64,000 nucleotides of DNA from Candidatus Acidiferrales bacterium (lineage in GTDB: Bacteria; Acidobacteriota; Terriglobia; Acidiferrales; UBA7541). The stretch lies in NCBI GenBank assembly GCA_025451835.1, contig JANWJR010000046.1, positions 5,173-69,172 on the forward strand, in the 5' to 3' direction. The notes beneath the pieces were generated by a model, which was not told the DNA's origin, searched no databases, and saw nothing but the letters and a program-made list of their open reading frames with translations. Below, one piece after another: positions 27,310-35,516 of the stretch (within the stretch, counting starts at the first letter, position 1; every line of letters begins with the position of its first letter). The position numbers and the translations under genes were made by a program.

Positions 27310-28199
27310 AGGCTGCCCTCCATCATCAGGGCCGCTCTGCGGCTTTCCGCCAGAGCGATTTTGCGGTAAATCCGGCAACCGCCAACAACGACCGGCTCGA
27401 ATTTCACCGGAACGTTTGTAAGAGTCTCGGAATGGCCCAGGAAAAAATAACCGCCCGGCTCGAGCGCGTCGTAAAACCTGCGAAGAATCGCGAGCCGTCG
27501 TTCGTCGGAAAAATACATCAGGACGTTCATGCAGAAAATGCAGTCGAGCTTGCCGACGTACACCGATTCGGAGAGGTTCATTTGCGCGAAAGAAATCATT
27601 CGCCGAATCCGGGGCTTCACCTGGAAACCATGCTTCGTGTCTGAAAAATAAGTTTCGGCCTGTGGCAGCGAAAGATTCTGGATGCTGCGCTTGGAATAGA
27701 GGCCCCGTTCCGCATGGCGAAGCGCGCGGCGGCTGATGTCAGTGGCCAGGATTTCGATCTCCCAGGCCTCGGCGAATTTCAGCGATTCGCAAACCGTGAT
27801 GGCGATCGAATACGGCTCTTCGCCAGTCGAGCAACCGGCGCTCCAGATACGCAACGACCGCGGATTTTCCCAGAATTTTCGCTCCTGCACTTCCGGCAGA
27901 ATCTTTTTATCCAGTGCGTCGAATACGGCGGGATAGCGAACGAAGGACGTCTCCTGGGTGAGCAATCGTTCAAGCAACGCTTCATACTCGATGCTTGAAC
28001 CGCGAATCTGCCGCAACAGTGCCGTCCCGCTTGCGAGCCCTCGTTCCTCAAGATGTTCGCGCACACGAGTGGAGAAAAAACGTTCGCGCGAGGCATCGAA
28101 CAAGATTGCAGACCGCTGCTCGATCAGTCCGCGAATTTCGCCCAGCTCGGTGTCGCTGAGATTAACCGCTGTAATTGTCTGCTGTTTCATGTTCGGCAC
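27306..28199 (-). CDS. cheR: chemotaxis protein methyltransferase CheR
   Basis: 297 aa. CheR N-domain plus SAM-binding domain (IWSAGCSTGEEPYSIA, IFCMNVLMYF). Confidence 0.9.
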   Translation of the reverse strand: MPNMKQQTITAVNLSDTELGEIRGLIEQRSAILFDASRERFFSTRVREHLEERGLASGTALLRQIRGSSIEYEALLERLLTQETSFVRYPAVFDALDKKILPEVQERKFWENPRSLRIWSAGCSTGEEPYSIAITVCESLKFAEAWEIEILATDISRRALRHAERGLYSKRSIQNLSLPQAETYFSDTKHGFQVKPRIRRMISFAQMNLSESVYVGKLDCIFCMNVLMYFSDERRLAILRRFYDALEPGGYFFLGHSETLTNVPVKFEPVVVGGCRIYRKIALAESRRAALMMEGSL

Positions 28200-28234
28200 G
28201 CGTCAGGACCTGGGTTTTATGGCCGCCGCTTTGC

Positions 28235-29677
28235 TTAACGGCTTGCGCCCACAGGTGCTGGCGGTCGCGCCTCTTCCGCCTCGCCCGACCGCGATGACTG
28301 TGAACGGAATTGCGCCAGCGCTTCGTTGAGCTGCTCGGACAGCTTCACCATGTGCCCGACCGTGGAAGCTGTCTGCCGCGCGCCCTGCGTGGTTTGCCGG
28401 GTGATCCCGGAGATGATTTGCATGGCGTTGGCCACACCCTCCGTGCCGCGCACCTGCTGCTTCGACGCGAGCGAAATTTCCTGAACCAGTTCGGCCGATT
28501 GGCGCACAACGCTGGAAATCGCTTCGAGCGCTTTCCCGGCTTGGTCGGCAAGTCCCGCGCCTGCCTCCACTTCGCGTGTGCCCTCTTCCATCACGACGAC
28601 CGCTTCGTTCGTCTCCGCCTGAATTGCCTTGATGAGTGCCGCGATGTCTTTCGTCGCGCTGCGCGAGTGCTCGGCGAGCTTGCGAACTTCGTCGGCGACG
28701 ACCGCAAATCCGCGGCCGGCATCACCCGCGCGAGCCGCTTCGATGGCCGCGTTCAGTGCGAGCAGGTTGGTCTGCTCCGTGATGTCGTTAATGACGTTGA
28801 TGATCTCCGAAATTTCGAGCGAGCGATCGCCGAGGGATTTGATCTTCTTCGCTGACGCCTGCACCGATGCTCGAATGCGCTGCATTCCATCGAGCGTGTC
28901 GCGCACCGCGCGGTTACCCTGTTCGGCCGCATCGAGAGCGCGACGGGCCGCTTCGGCGCTGGCTTCCGCGTTGTTGGACACCTGTTTCATCGAAACCGTC
29001 AGCTCTTCGACAGCCGAAGAAGTATTGGTAATTTCCTGATCTTGCTGCGTGGCGCCCGCTGTCATGTCGTCGGTGGCTTCGAGAATCTGGTTGGCGCTTC
29101 CGCTGACATCGATGGCAGCTTTGCGAACACGTTCCAGAACCTTCACGAAGTTGTCCAGCATGAAGTTCACGGAGTCAACCACGTTACCAAGCGCGTCGTT
29201 AGTCACCTTGCCGCGAATGGTCAGGTCGCCGCGAGCGACCTGATTGATGGTGGTAAGCAGGTCAGTGATGCTCCGCTGCAGCGATTCTTGGGCCTGCTGA
29301 CTAGTGATCGCGTGTGCCACTTTTGCGGCGCTGCGGTTGAAGTTTTCCGCAATGAAGCCGAACTCATCATTCGACTCGACCTCTGCGCGGGCGCGCGCAT
29401 CGCCAGCGACAAGCCGTTCGGAAAATTTTGCAAGCTCGCCCACGGGTTCCAGCACGCGCTTGCTCAGCACATAAATGAGCGAAAGGGCACCAAGCACCGC
29501 TAGCGCGGCAGCTCCAAGCAAAGCTCCGCTGGCGCTTCCCGGCAAGGAAGATATGTCGAGCAGCGATAATCCACCCGAGTGCGCGCCGGCGTAGTAGGCA
29601 AGGCCTAGGACGCCGAATAACGCCACGCTGGTCCAGAAGGCCAGCAACCAGATTGTGGAACTCAAACGAGCTTTCAT
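28235..29677 (-). CDS. methyl-accepting chemotaxis protein with two TM segments, a minimal outer loop and HAMP
   Basis: Conserved signalling tip ([36 protein letters not shown]). Only about 15 residues separate TM1 and TM2. Confidence 0.9.
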   Translation of the reverse strand: MKARLSSTIWLLAFWTSVALFGVLGLAYYAGAHSGGLSLLDISSLPGSASGALLGAAALAVLGALSLIYVLSKRVLEPVGELAKFSERLVAGDARARAEVESNDEFGFIAENFNRSAAKVAHAITSQQAQESLQRSITDLLTTINQVARGDLTIRGKVTNDALGNVVDSVNFMLDNFVKVLERVRKAAIDVSGSANQILEATDDMTAGATQQDQEITNTSSAVEELTVSMKQVSNNAEASAEAARRALDAAEQGNRAVRDTLDGMQRIRASVQASAKKIKSLGDRSLEISEIINVINDITEQTNLLALNAAIEAARAGDAGRGFAVVADEVRKLAEHSRSATKDIAALIKAIQAETNEAVVVMEEGTREVEAGAGLADQAGKALEAISSVVRQSAELVQEISLASKQQVRGTEGVANAMQIISGITRQTTQGARQTASTVGHMVKLSEQLNEALAQFRSQSSRSGEAEEARPPAPVGASR

Positions 29678-29759
29678 GACATCCTCCAGGAACTTTTCCG
29701 CTTATCTGGCCAAACCCCAAATTTTTGGTGCGACATCGATAAATCAATGGGAACGTCGT

Positions 29760-30287
29760 TCATATCACCGGCACGGCAAACACTTCGGTTAAACGCCGCA
29801 GGTCAACCAAAAGCGCTAGGCGATCTTCATGGCGTAACATGCCGCGGCAATGCGGCACATCGTGCGGCGCCTGATCGAGCAGCGCGTCCTCTGTCGCCGA
29901 ATACGTCCCGATCACTTCATCCGTCGCGATGCCCACGCGCAGATCGTCACGATTTGCGTCACCTAAAATGGCGGCGACCACCACGTGTTTAGGCAACAAG
30001 CCCGGGCGACGTCCCTCCGTAAATGCGATGTCGATCAGAGGCACGATCGTTCCCCGCAGATTGAAGACTCCCATCAGGAATGCCGGAGCCAGTGGAACCC
30101 GCGTTACTAAAGGCCAGTCCACCACTTCTTCGACTTCCAGCACCGAGAGGCAAAACCGCTCCCGCCCTGCGCGAAAAACGCAGTACTGGCGCTCCGGAAG
30201 CCGCTCCTCGGAGGACGGGTCGCCTTCGAGAAATGCCCCATCGTCGAGCTCGCCGGGCAGTTGCGAGTTTTCCTGTTCCTTAGCCAT
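29760..30287 (-). CDS. cheW: CheW coupling protein
   Basis: 175 aa. Contains FCLSVLEVEEV ... LMGVFNLRGTIVPLID. TAATG junction with cheY. Confidence 0.85.
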   Translation of the reverse strand: MAKEQENSQLPGELDDGAFLEGDPSSEERLPERQYCVFRAGRERFCLSVLEVEEVVDWPLVTRVPLAPAFLMGVFNLRGTIVPLIDIAFTEGRRPGLLPKHVVVAAILGDANRDDLRVGIATDEVIGTYSATEDALLDQAPHDVPHCRGMLRHEDRLALLVDLRRLTEVFAVPVI

Positions 30288-30655
30288 TATGCGAACCTTT
30301 TCACCGCTCCGATAAGTTCCTCGGGTGTAAAAGGCTTGGCAACGAATCCGTTTGCGCCTTGCTGCTCGCCCCAGTACCGGTCGCTCGGCGCCGTCTTCGA
30401 TGTGACCAGGATCACGGGAATCTGGGAATAATTAGCCTGGTTCTTCAGATCGCGGCACACTTGAAAGCCGTTCCTGGCTGGCATCACGACGTCCAGCAGA
30501 ATCAGATTCGGACGTTCTTCCTCGATCGCTTCTTCGACTTTGGTCGGATCGGAAATTCCAACCGAATGAAATCCGCCTTGCTGCAAGAATGATTGGATAA
30601 GATGAACCTCGGCGGGCGAGTCATCGACGATCAATATTTTCTTCACCACAGCCAT
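30287..30655 (-). CDS. cheY: CheY-like single-domain response regulator
   Basis: KILIVDDS, LILLDVVMPARNG, VTSK, AKPF. The start is ATG 30655 or one of the GTG codons just downstream. The track start at 30697 is upstream of the putative promoter. Confidence 0.85.
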   Translation of the reverse strand: MAVVKKILIVDDSPAEVHLIQSFLQQGGFHSVGISDPTKVEEAIEEERPNLILLDVVMPARNGFQVCRDLKNQANYSQIPVILVTSKTAPSDRYWGEQQGANGFVAKPFTPEELIGAVKRFA

Positions 30656-30684
30656 GCCTCCACACTGATATCCGGTGAGAGAAA

Positions 30685-30700
30685 TGCAAGTCCGCAACCA
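30685..30700 (-). promoter_or_regulatory. candidate sigma54 (-24/-12) promoter in front of cheY-cheW-mcp...
   Basis: The minus strand reads TGGTTG-CGGAC-TTGCA. GG and GC have the exact consensus spacing (TGGCAC-N5-TTGCW) and the -12 box is perfect. It lies 30 nt upstream of ATG 30655 in an 87-nt intergenic gap. Confidence 0.4.
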
Positions 30701-30782
30701 CCAGCGCAGCTCTTTCGCGCTGTGCGATCACTTTCTAAACTTCCGTGTTTTGTTTGTCTTACGTGCCCCGCGCTAATCGTTG

Positions 30783-31481
30783 CTAGCCAGCATCAACCCG
30801 CAGAGACACTACTTCCGTCTCAGCTTGAGAATCTTTCTCACCAGCACGCATTTCCGCCGCCAGCGATGAGAATCGTTGCATGATTTCGTTGAGCCGCAGC
30901 GCCATCGTGTGAATCGTCTCGATTTGGTCGCGGCTTTCCGCAGACATGTAGCCGGGCTCAAGCAAAAGCAAGTCGGCGTTTCCGAGCACCGAGGTAAGCG
31001 CGTTATTCACGCTCGGCCGCATTTCAAGCATGTATTTGCCAAGCGTGGCTTGGCCTTGGCTTTCCAGAGCAAGCTTCTCAGCGCGCTGAGCGCGACCGGC
31101 CGCTTCTGTCCGTCGAAGTGCTTCACTGGAAATGAGGATCAAGGTCCCCGCCCAACCATCGTGACGGGGCACGACAAGTACGTATGGATGTTCGGCCCGA
31201 AACAGTGCAACGTCCGTTTGATCCTCGGCAACGTAGATGACCACAGAAGATGAAGAAATCCTCAAGAACGCGAGAATCGTAGCGGGACTGCCCGTGCGGA
31301 CAGGCCCCAGAATGACGATCTGATATCCGGCAGCGCTGCCTGCATGGCAAACGCCGCTGGCAATCAGTGTGATTTCGGGTACGTGGCGCTCCGTCTGCCA
31401 GCGGGCGACAACGGAACGCGAAAATTCCGTGTCGTCCGATACAATCAGGACGCTGGATTGGTTCAAGTGAGACGACCTCAT
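30783..31481 (-). CDS. pseudo-receiver + His-less DHp-like coiled-coil protein (no ATPase domain)
   Basis: 232 aa. REC-like strand pattern (VLIVSDD, QIVILGP, VVIYVAE, VLVVPR) without an acceptor Asp. A HisKA-like helix LEMRPSVNNALTSVLGNADLLLLEP has Leu at the phospho-His position. Confidence 0.5.
   Translation of the reverse strand: MRSSHLNQSSVLIVSDDTEFSRSVVARWQTERHVPEITLIASGVCHAGSAAGYQIVILGPVRTGSPATILAFLRISSSSVVIYVAEDQTDVALFRAEHPYVLVVPRHDGWAGTLILISSEALRRTEAAGRAQRAEKLALESQGQATLGKYMLEMRPSVNNALTSVLGNADLLLLEPGYMSAESRDQIETIHTMALRLNEIMQRFSSLAAEMRAGEKDSQAETEVVSLRVDAG
30816..30822 (-). promoter_or_regulatory. TGAGACG heptamer, candidate activator-binding element
   Basis: The plus strand reads CGTCTCA. 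The element is about 120 nt upstream of the 30700 -24 element. It pairs with AGAGAC on the other strand at 30802-30807 (GAGAC/GTCTC inverted, 9-nt spacer). Confidence 0.3.
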
Positions 31482-31490
31482 CCCATTGCC

Positions 31491-33068
31491 TTAGGGTTGG
31501 AGCTTTTCTGCTTCCTCGATAACGGAAAGCAGACGCTTGGTGCTGATTCCGAGATTTACAGCAGCTTCCGTGTTTTTCGCGCGCTTTGCCGTTTCGACGC
31601 GCCCTTGGAAATAGGAAACTTCGCCGCGAGCAAGCGCTAAGGCAGACCCCAACCGAGTCAGGTCTCCCGAGCGCTTTCGCACATCCATGGCAACAGCAAG
31701 GAGAGCACGGGCCACGACGGCGCGGCGCAAATCTTCCGCCTCCTGATCTCCTTCCGTCACAAAGGCAGCCACTTCCCACGATGAGAGCAGCACTTTCGTA
31801 TCTTGCAGCACGACCGTGGACATCGAACGTCCTCGGGATGGCGGCGCGGCTATCAATTGCTCCCAAATCGAATCCAGACACTTTTCTGCATCGATTGGCG
31901 GAGCAGCGGAAGTCGCGTCAGTTCCGGGTTTCGCGGCCTTGATTGCTCCAGCAGAAGGTGCTTCGTTCGGAACAGGGGCTGCCTGATCTGCATGCATCTC
32001 TTCCGGCTTTGCGGCCGCAAGTAATGGCGGCAAATCGTCCGAACGAACATTCGCGGATGCGGAAACCTGATCGCCCCGAGTTTCTTCATTTTCATGAGCT
32101 TCTATCGCAAAAAACTGCTGCGTAGCCGCGGAATGAACGCGCACCAGCGCCTCTTCGAGATCGGCCCGCAATGCAAAGAGCTGGTCGAAAGCACGGGTAA
32201 CCGAATTTTCGGTGTAGTCCTTATGAAAAGGCTGACGCCAGTTCTCGCAATAATACCGGAGTTGCGTAGTTGTCTCTGCCGCGGAGAACCCGGCGCGCCG
32301 GCAGTCCACTGTTTTTACACCGCTCGCATCCAGGTGCTCGACGGCCGCCTTCATCGCGTTCAAATCCGCATGAAGCATGCGGATGAAAGCTCGCCGGAGC
32401 CGAAAGTTAAAGCGGCAGAAAGCAACGAGAGCGGCCGGATCGTAAAACATCTGACCCGCCGAATCCTTCAACAGACGCCCCTGTTCAAGGACACCATGCT
32501 CCATCATGTCGCGAAGGCTCTGGCAGTTTTCGAGCGTGTTGAGGATTTCATCGAGTGGCGCGCACCACTCGACGGGCGTGGAATCCGCTGCGCCAAGCAC
32601 CGGCTGGAGAACTCGCGCGACATCCGCCAGGCTGAACTCGCTGCGATAAAGCTCCTCGGGAGCGCACAAAGCGAAGTACTGGACCAGTAGCAGGTCGATC
32701 TTGTCCCGATCGGCTGAAGCTTTCTCCGGCTTCTTCAACTGACGCTGCAGAAACGCGCGAAGGCTGGCTTCGCTTGCATTCAGGATCTCGGGAGGAAGCT
32801 GCCGAATCTGAAAGGCACGGACCTTTTCGTCGATCGTATTGAGCCATTCCAAATCGCGATCGAATATCTCACGCGTCGGGCGTGCCGGCGGCAGCTCCCC
32901 GGCAGCGTAAAGCAACGCTACCAAATCGAATTGTGCGGCAAGCGCCGCATAGAGTGGGTACGCAAGGCGCGCCTCGTTCCACATGGTAGCCGGGTCGACA
33001 GTAACACTCGATTTTGATTTGTTCGTGCCGGCCAGAGAATTTATCGGAATCGGAGTTTTTATCGTCAT
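31491..33068 (-). CDS. hypothetical protein, 525 aa, no recognisable domain
   Basis: Long ORF with ordinary coding composition and no TM segments. Central Ala/Pro/Asp-rich low-complexity stretch. ATG 33068 forms an ATGA overlap with the upstream small ORF. Confidence 0.6.
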   Translation of the reverse strand: MTIKTPIPINSLAGTNKSKSSVTVDPATMWNEARLAYPLYAALAAQFDLVALLYAAGELPPARPTREIFDRDLEWLNTIDEKVRAFQIRQLPPEILNASEASLRAFLQRQLKKPEKASADRDKIDLLLVQYFALCAPEELYRSEFSLADVARVLQPVLGAADSTPVEWCAPLDEILNTLENCQSLRDMMEHGVLEQGRLLKDSAGQMFYDPAALVAFCRFNFRLRRAFIRMLHADLNAMKAAVEHLDASGVKTVDCRRAGFSAAETTTQLRYYCENWRQPFHKDYTENSVTRAFDQLFALRADLEEALVRVHSAATQQFFAIEAHENEETRGDQVSASANVRSDDLPPLLAAAKPEEMHADQAAPVPNEAPSAGAIKAAKPGTDATSAAPPIDAEKCLDSIWEQLIAAPPSRGRSMSTVVLQDTKVLLSSWEVAAFVTEGDQEAEDLRRAVVARALLAVAMDVRKRSGDLTRLGSALALARGEVSYFQGRVETAKRAKNTEAAVNLGISTKRLLSVIEEAEKLQP

Positions 33069-33436
33069 GGTTTGATAATCCAATTGCCCACTTCGCTCAC
33101 AAAGCGAGCTGCCACAGCTTTCCGGCCATCGTGATATCTCACGGCGACCACCGTCGCATTCGCATCGAGCGACCCATCGGAATTCACTAGCCGCAACCGG
33201 TCTTCGAATTCGAGCGGCAACACAGAAGGAAACAGCACCTCCTGCGCCGTGCCAAACTCGATCACCGTCTGCTCCTGCAATCGCCTACTGGAACCCAGCG
33301 CCACGACGCGCACCGGAATGTGAATTGCCGATACGTTCAAGAAAAGCTGAGCGAGTTTTTCAACGCAGCTTTGCCCGAGAGAAATAGTTGCTGTTTCCAA
33401 TTCGCGTGGCACAGAGGCCCCCGTCCGCCACCTCAT
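33065..33436 (-). CDS. small hypothetical protein, possibly a degenerate PilZ-like beta-barrel
   Basis: ATG 33436 is preferred: the track start at 33529 is a TTG upstream of the putative promoter. The stop is coupled (ATGA) to the next gene. The beta-rich segment IPVRVVALGSS...LRLVNSDGSLDANATVVAV lacks a canonical RxxxR. Confidence 0.4.
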   Translation of the reverse strand: MRWRTGASVPRELETATISLGQSCVEKLAQLFLNVSAIHIPVRVVALGSSRRLQEQTVIEFGTAQEVLFPSVLPLEFEDRLRLVNSDGSLDANATVVAVRYHDGRKAVAARFVSEVGNWIIKP

Positions 33437-33512
33437 CAAACCCGCCAGCCGTGTGTTGGCGGCAAGGACAGAACGACGTAGATGGGCACGGCGTTTCTTC
33501 GAGCAGAGAGAT

Positions 33513-33528
33513 TGCACGAGCAAGGCCA
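33513..33528 (-). promoter_or_regulatory. candidate sigma54 (-24/-12) promoter in front of the orphan trio
   Basis: The minus strand reads TGGCCT-TGCTC-GTGCA, the same pattern as the 37776 site (TGGCAT-GGCCC-GTGCA). An overlapping alternative register CGGCTT-N5-TTGCT lies at 33519-33534. Confidence 0.4.
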
Positions 33529-33609
33529 AAGCCGTGCGCGCGGCTAGGTTGGCAACCGCTTGAAATCAAATGGATTACGCAGAGGCCGATGAGGGCTTAC
33601 GGCGGTGGC

Positions 33610-33637
33610 GTCTCAGCCTGATACGAATTCGTCTCAC
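33610..33637 (-). promoter_or_regulatory. two TGAGACG heptamers 21 nt apart, one inside a near-palindrome GAGACGAATTCGTATC
   Basis: The plus strand reads CGTCTCA at 33610-33616 and 33631-33637. ACGAATTCGT (33624-33633) is a perfect 10-nt palindrome. The elements are 88-109 nt upstream of the 33528 -24 element. Confidence 0.35.
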
Positions 33638-33684
33638 GTCCCCGAGAGGCGGGGCAATCGCTGCGGCGAACCTGGCAGCCGAAA

Positions 33685-33708
33685 TAGCGTCGTCTCAAAG
33701 ACGAGCTA
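33685..33708 (-). terminator. hairpin overlapping the EBP stop codon; weak intrinsic terminator or palindromic protein-binding site
   Basis: The RNA would read UAGCUCGUCU-UUG-AGACGA(C)GCUA followed by UUUCGG: 10 bp with one bulge and only 3 U. It also contains a third TGAGACG copy (33691-33697 on the plus strand as CGTCTCA). Confidence 0.3.
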
Positions 33709-35112
33709 CGGGAGGACTTTGACTTCCAAAGTTTCTGCGTGCGGCGACTGCGCGGGAATCTGGTAGCGCTTCAGCTTTCGATAGAGTGTGGCGCGGCTGA
33801 TACCGAGCATTTTCCCTGCGAGGGCTTTGTCCCCGCCCGCTTGCTCGAAAACGCGCAGGATCGTCATGCGTTCGAGATCCGCAAGGGCTGTTGTGGATAG
33901 CTCAGCCGTTTCAGCAGCTACCGGGCCGTCGTCTGGAGTTGCACGGACATTGGGAGGGAGATCGCCCAGATCAATAACACGGTGGTCGCCCAGAGCGACT
34001 GCCCGCGCGATGCAATTTTCGAGCTCCCGGACGTTTCCCGGCCAATCGTATTGGAGAAAGCTCTTCATGGTCGCCGGGGTGACTTGAATGTTCTCTCCCG
34101 GCGCGTAGCGGTCCAGAAAACAATGAACGAGCTGCGGAATATCGGAGCGCCGCTCGCGCAACCCCGGAAGGTGCACTGTTACAACGTTCAGCCGGAAATA
34201 CAGGTCCTTGCGGAAGGTGCCAGCGCGATACGCGGCCTCGAGGTCGCGATTCGTGGCGGCGATAACGCGGACGTCCACAGGGATTTTTTGATTGCTGCCA
34301 ACGGGCCGCACTTCTTTTTCCTGCAGGACCCGCAGTAGCTTCGCCTGCATCTCGAGCGGCAGTTCGCCGATTTCGTCAAGAAAGATGGTTCCGCCATTCG
34401 CGGCGTAAAAGAGTCCAGCTTTTGATTTGAGCGCGCCGGTGAACGAGCCTTTTTCGTGGCCGAACAGCTCGCTTTCCATCAGCGTAGGGACCAGAGCGCC
34501 ACAATCGACTGCGATGAACGGCATCTGTGCCAGCGGCCCGCGGAAGTGAATCGCCCGGGCCACTAGCTCTTTTCCCGTCCCGCTCTCGCCACTAATGAGC
34601 ACCGGCGTGCGCGTTTCCTTCAGGCGCGAGACCATCCGCATCACATCTTGAACTTTGGCGGACGTGCCTGCGATTCCATCGAGTTGCGCATCCGTCTCGA
34701 TGCGCTCGCGCAGAAACTGATTTTCCGTCACCAGCCGGACTTTCTCGGCCATGCGCTGCAGGAGTTGCCGCAATTTCTCGACGCGGAACGGCTTTTCAAT
34801 GTAATCGTAAGCGCCCTGACGCATCGCATCGACGGCAGATTCGATCGAGCCGTGTCCCGTCATTATCGCAATTTCCGTGCGCGGGAGATTCTCTTTCACC
34901 TTTCGGAGCAAGTCCGTGCCGGAAAGGCTGGGTAACTTCAGGTCCGTCACCACCAGATCCGGTGGAGACGTTTCCAACATCTCCAGCGCCGTTTCCGCGT
35001 TTTCGGCCTCCGCGCACACATACCCAAGGCCCTGCCCGACAGTCATGCAAAGCCGGCGGATGCTTTGCTCGTCGTCCACAATTAGAAAGCGCAGGTGTAT
35101 TTCGTCCCTCAT
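33706..35112 (-). CDS. sigma54-dependent NtrC-family response regulator (REC-AAA+-Fis HTH)
   Basis: [43 protein letters not shown], and C-terminal [16 protein letters not shown] 35112 overlaps the upstream stop as ATGA. Confidence 0.9.
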   Translation of the reverse strand: MRDEIHLRFLIVDDEQSIRRLCMTVGQGLGYVCAEAENAETALEMLETSPPDLVVTDLKLPSLSGTDLLRKVKENLPRTEIAIMTGHGSIESAVDAMRQGAYDYIEKPFRVEKLRQLLQRMAEKVRLVTENQFLRERIETDAQLDGIAGTSAKVQDVMRMVSRLKETRTPVLISGESGTGKELVARAIHFRGPLAQMPFIAVDCGALVPTLMESELFGHEKGSFTGALKSKAGLFYAANGGTIFLDEIGELPLEMQAKLLRVLQEKEVRPVGSNQKIPVDVRVIAATNRDLEAAYRAGTFRKDLYFRLNVVTVHLPGLRERRSDIPQLVHCFLDRYAPGENIQVTPATMKSFLQYDWPGNVRELENCIARAVALGDHRVIDLGDLPPNVRATPDDGPVAAETAELSTTALADLERMTILRVFEQAGGDKALAGKMLGISRATLYRKLKRYQIPAQSPHAETLEVKVLP

Positions 35113-35516
35113 GGCTGGCCAATCGTTTTTTCGACCGCGCTCAGGAGTTGTTGAACGCGGAAGGGCTTTTCGACGCACGGCGTGCCTGCCTGCGCGAGCA
35201 GCGCGATCGTCTCATCGCTGGCCGTGTCGCCCGTGATGAAGACGATTCGCGAGGCCAGTTCCGGGCGATGCCGGCGAATCCAGTCATGCACATCCGTTCC
35301 GGTGATTCCTCCTGGTGTTCGGAAATCTGAAATCACGCCGTTGAACTTCTCAGCGGCAAGCAATCGCAGCCCTTCGGCCGCCGAGCATGACGGAACCACT
35401 TCGTAACCACGCCGCTCGAGAGCAATTCGCAGAAACGCCGCCACCGATGCCTCATCCTCAATCACCAGAATGCGGCTGCGGCCGGCGGCAGCTACCGTGT
35501 CGCGCCCGCCCCTCAT
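35109..35516 (-). CDS. single-domain response regulator (canonical REC)
   Basis: ILVIEDE, VISDFRTPGG, FITGD, EKPF. ATG 35516 overlaps the kinase stop as ATGA. Confidence 0.8.
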   Translation of the reverse strand: MRGGRDTVAAAGRSRILVIEDEASVAAFLRIALERRGYEVVPSCSAAEGLRLLAAEKFNGVISDFRTPGGITGTDVHDWIRRHRPELASRIVFITGDTASDETIALLAQAGTPCVEKPFRVQQLLSAVEKTIGQP

